A stretch of DNA of 25,321 bases from a virus (Duplodnaviria; Caudoviricetes), in the IMG/VR virus record IMGVR_UViG_3300008012_005839, positions 1 through 25,321 of that record, one strand, 5' to 3'. Shown here piece by piece: positions 24,919 to 25,321 of this stretch. Below the pieces are notes generated by a model. It had not been told where the DNA came from. It saw only the letters and a list, made by a program, of their open reading frames with translations, and made no database searches. The first letter of the stretch is position 1; each line of letters starts with the position of its first letter. The position numbers and the translations under genes were made by a program.

Positions 24919-25266
24919 ATGGCAAAGAAATATACAAAGACACATGAATGGATCGAAGAAGGTAAAGATGGAAAATACTGGGTAGGTATTAGTCAAGTTG
25001 CTATTGAAATGTTAGGTGATGTTGTATATCTTGAAAAAGGTAAAGATGAAGACGATGTTGTAGGAGCAGGTGATGAAGTTATGGTTATTGAATCTGTAAA
25101 AGCAGCATCTGACATTTATGCACCAGTAAATGGTTCTATTCGAGAATTTAATGAAGATCTTATTGCAGAACCTAGTAGCATTACATCAAATGATTGGTTA
25201 TTTAAGATGGAAATTGCAGATCCTTTCTTAAATGCTTTAGATGAACTAAGTGACGAAGAAATATGA
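24919..25266 (+). CDS. gcvH: Glycine cleavage system H protein (lipoyl carrier)
   Basis: YT..HEW, VGIS..A...LGDVVY, lipoyl site IESVKAASDIYAPV.G, WLFK. Confidence 0.92.
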   Translation: MAKKYTKTHEWIEEGKDGKYWVGISQVAIEMLGDVVYLEKGKDEDDVVGAGDEVMVIESVKAASDIYAPVNGSIREFNEDLIAEPSSITSNDWLFKMEIADPFLNALDELSDEEI

Positions 25267-25321
25267 TTTCACCTGAACAACAAGTAGTTATAGACCAATT
25301 AAAAGGATTAACTTTTGATCA
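25263..25321 (+). CDS. Start of next ORF, truncated by window edge
   Basis: ATGA overlap with gcvH stop; open to window end. Confidence 0.4.
   Translation, partial: MISPEQQVVIDQLKGLTFD

Overview
AT-rich, gene-dense segment of a T4-like myovirus genome, probably aquatic. The host is inferred to be a proteobacterium from a TonB gene and a ROSE-like leader. 1-13.4 kb is the T4-type replication core (gp44, gp62, regA, hsp20, gp43, uvsX, gp41), interleaved with accessory enzymes: 2OG-Fe(II)/JmjC oxygenases, a GT25-like glycosyltransferase, a methyltransferase, an AEP-like primase, a short UDP-glucose dehydrogenase and an APS kinase/DUF2061/HxGH nucleotidyltransferase trio. 15.9-21.3 kb holds two convergent late-promoter operons. 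On + are TonB, small paralogous membrane proteins and a DfrB-like SH3 protein. On - is a secreted curlin-like beta-solenoid coupled to a CHASE2 class III nucleotide cyclase. Together these are the best candidate for an under-described phage envelope-signalling system. From 21.4 kb, early genes lead into a nucleotide-modification cluster: two all-alpha NTP pyrophosphatases, a T4 gp42-like dCMP hydroxymethylase, dCMP deaminase and GcvH. Non-coding signals seen directly are six sigma70-like promoters with a TGTACA-type -35, four TATAAATA late promoters 4-5 nt before an ATG, a ROSE-like thermometer before hsp20, and a triple 21-bp alternating repeat at the strand switch. No tRNA, CRISPR array, intron or intein was recognised. 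All family calls come from motif recognition by eye; no searches were run.
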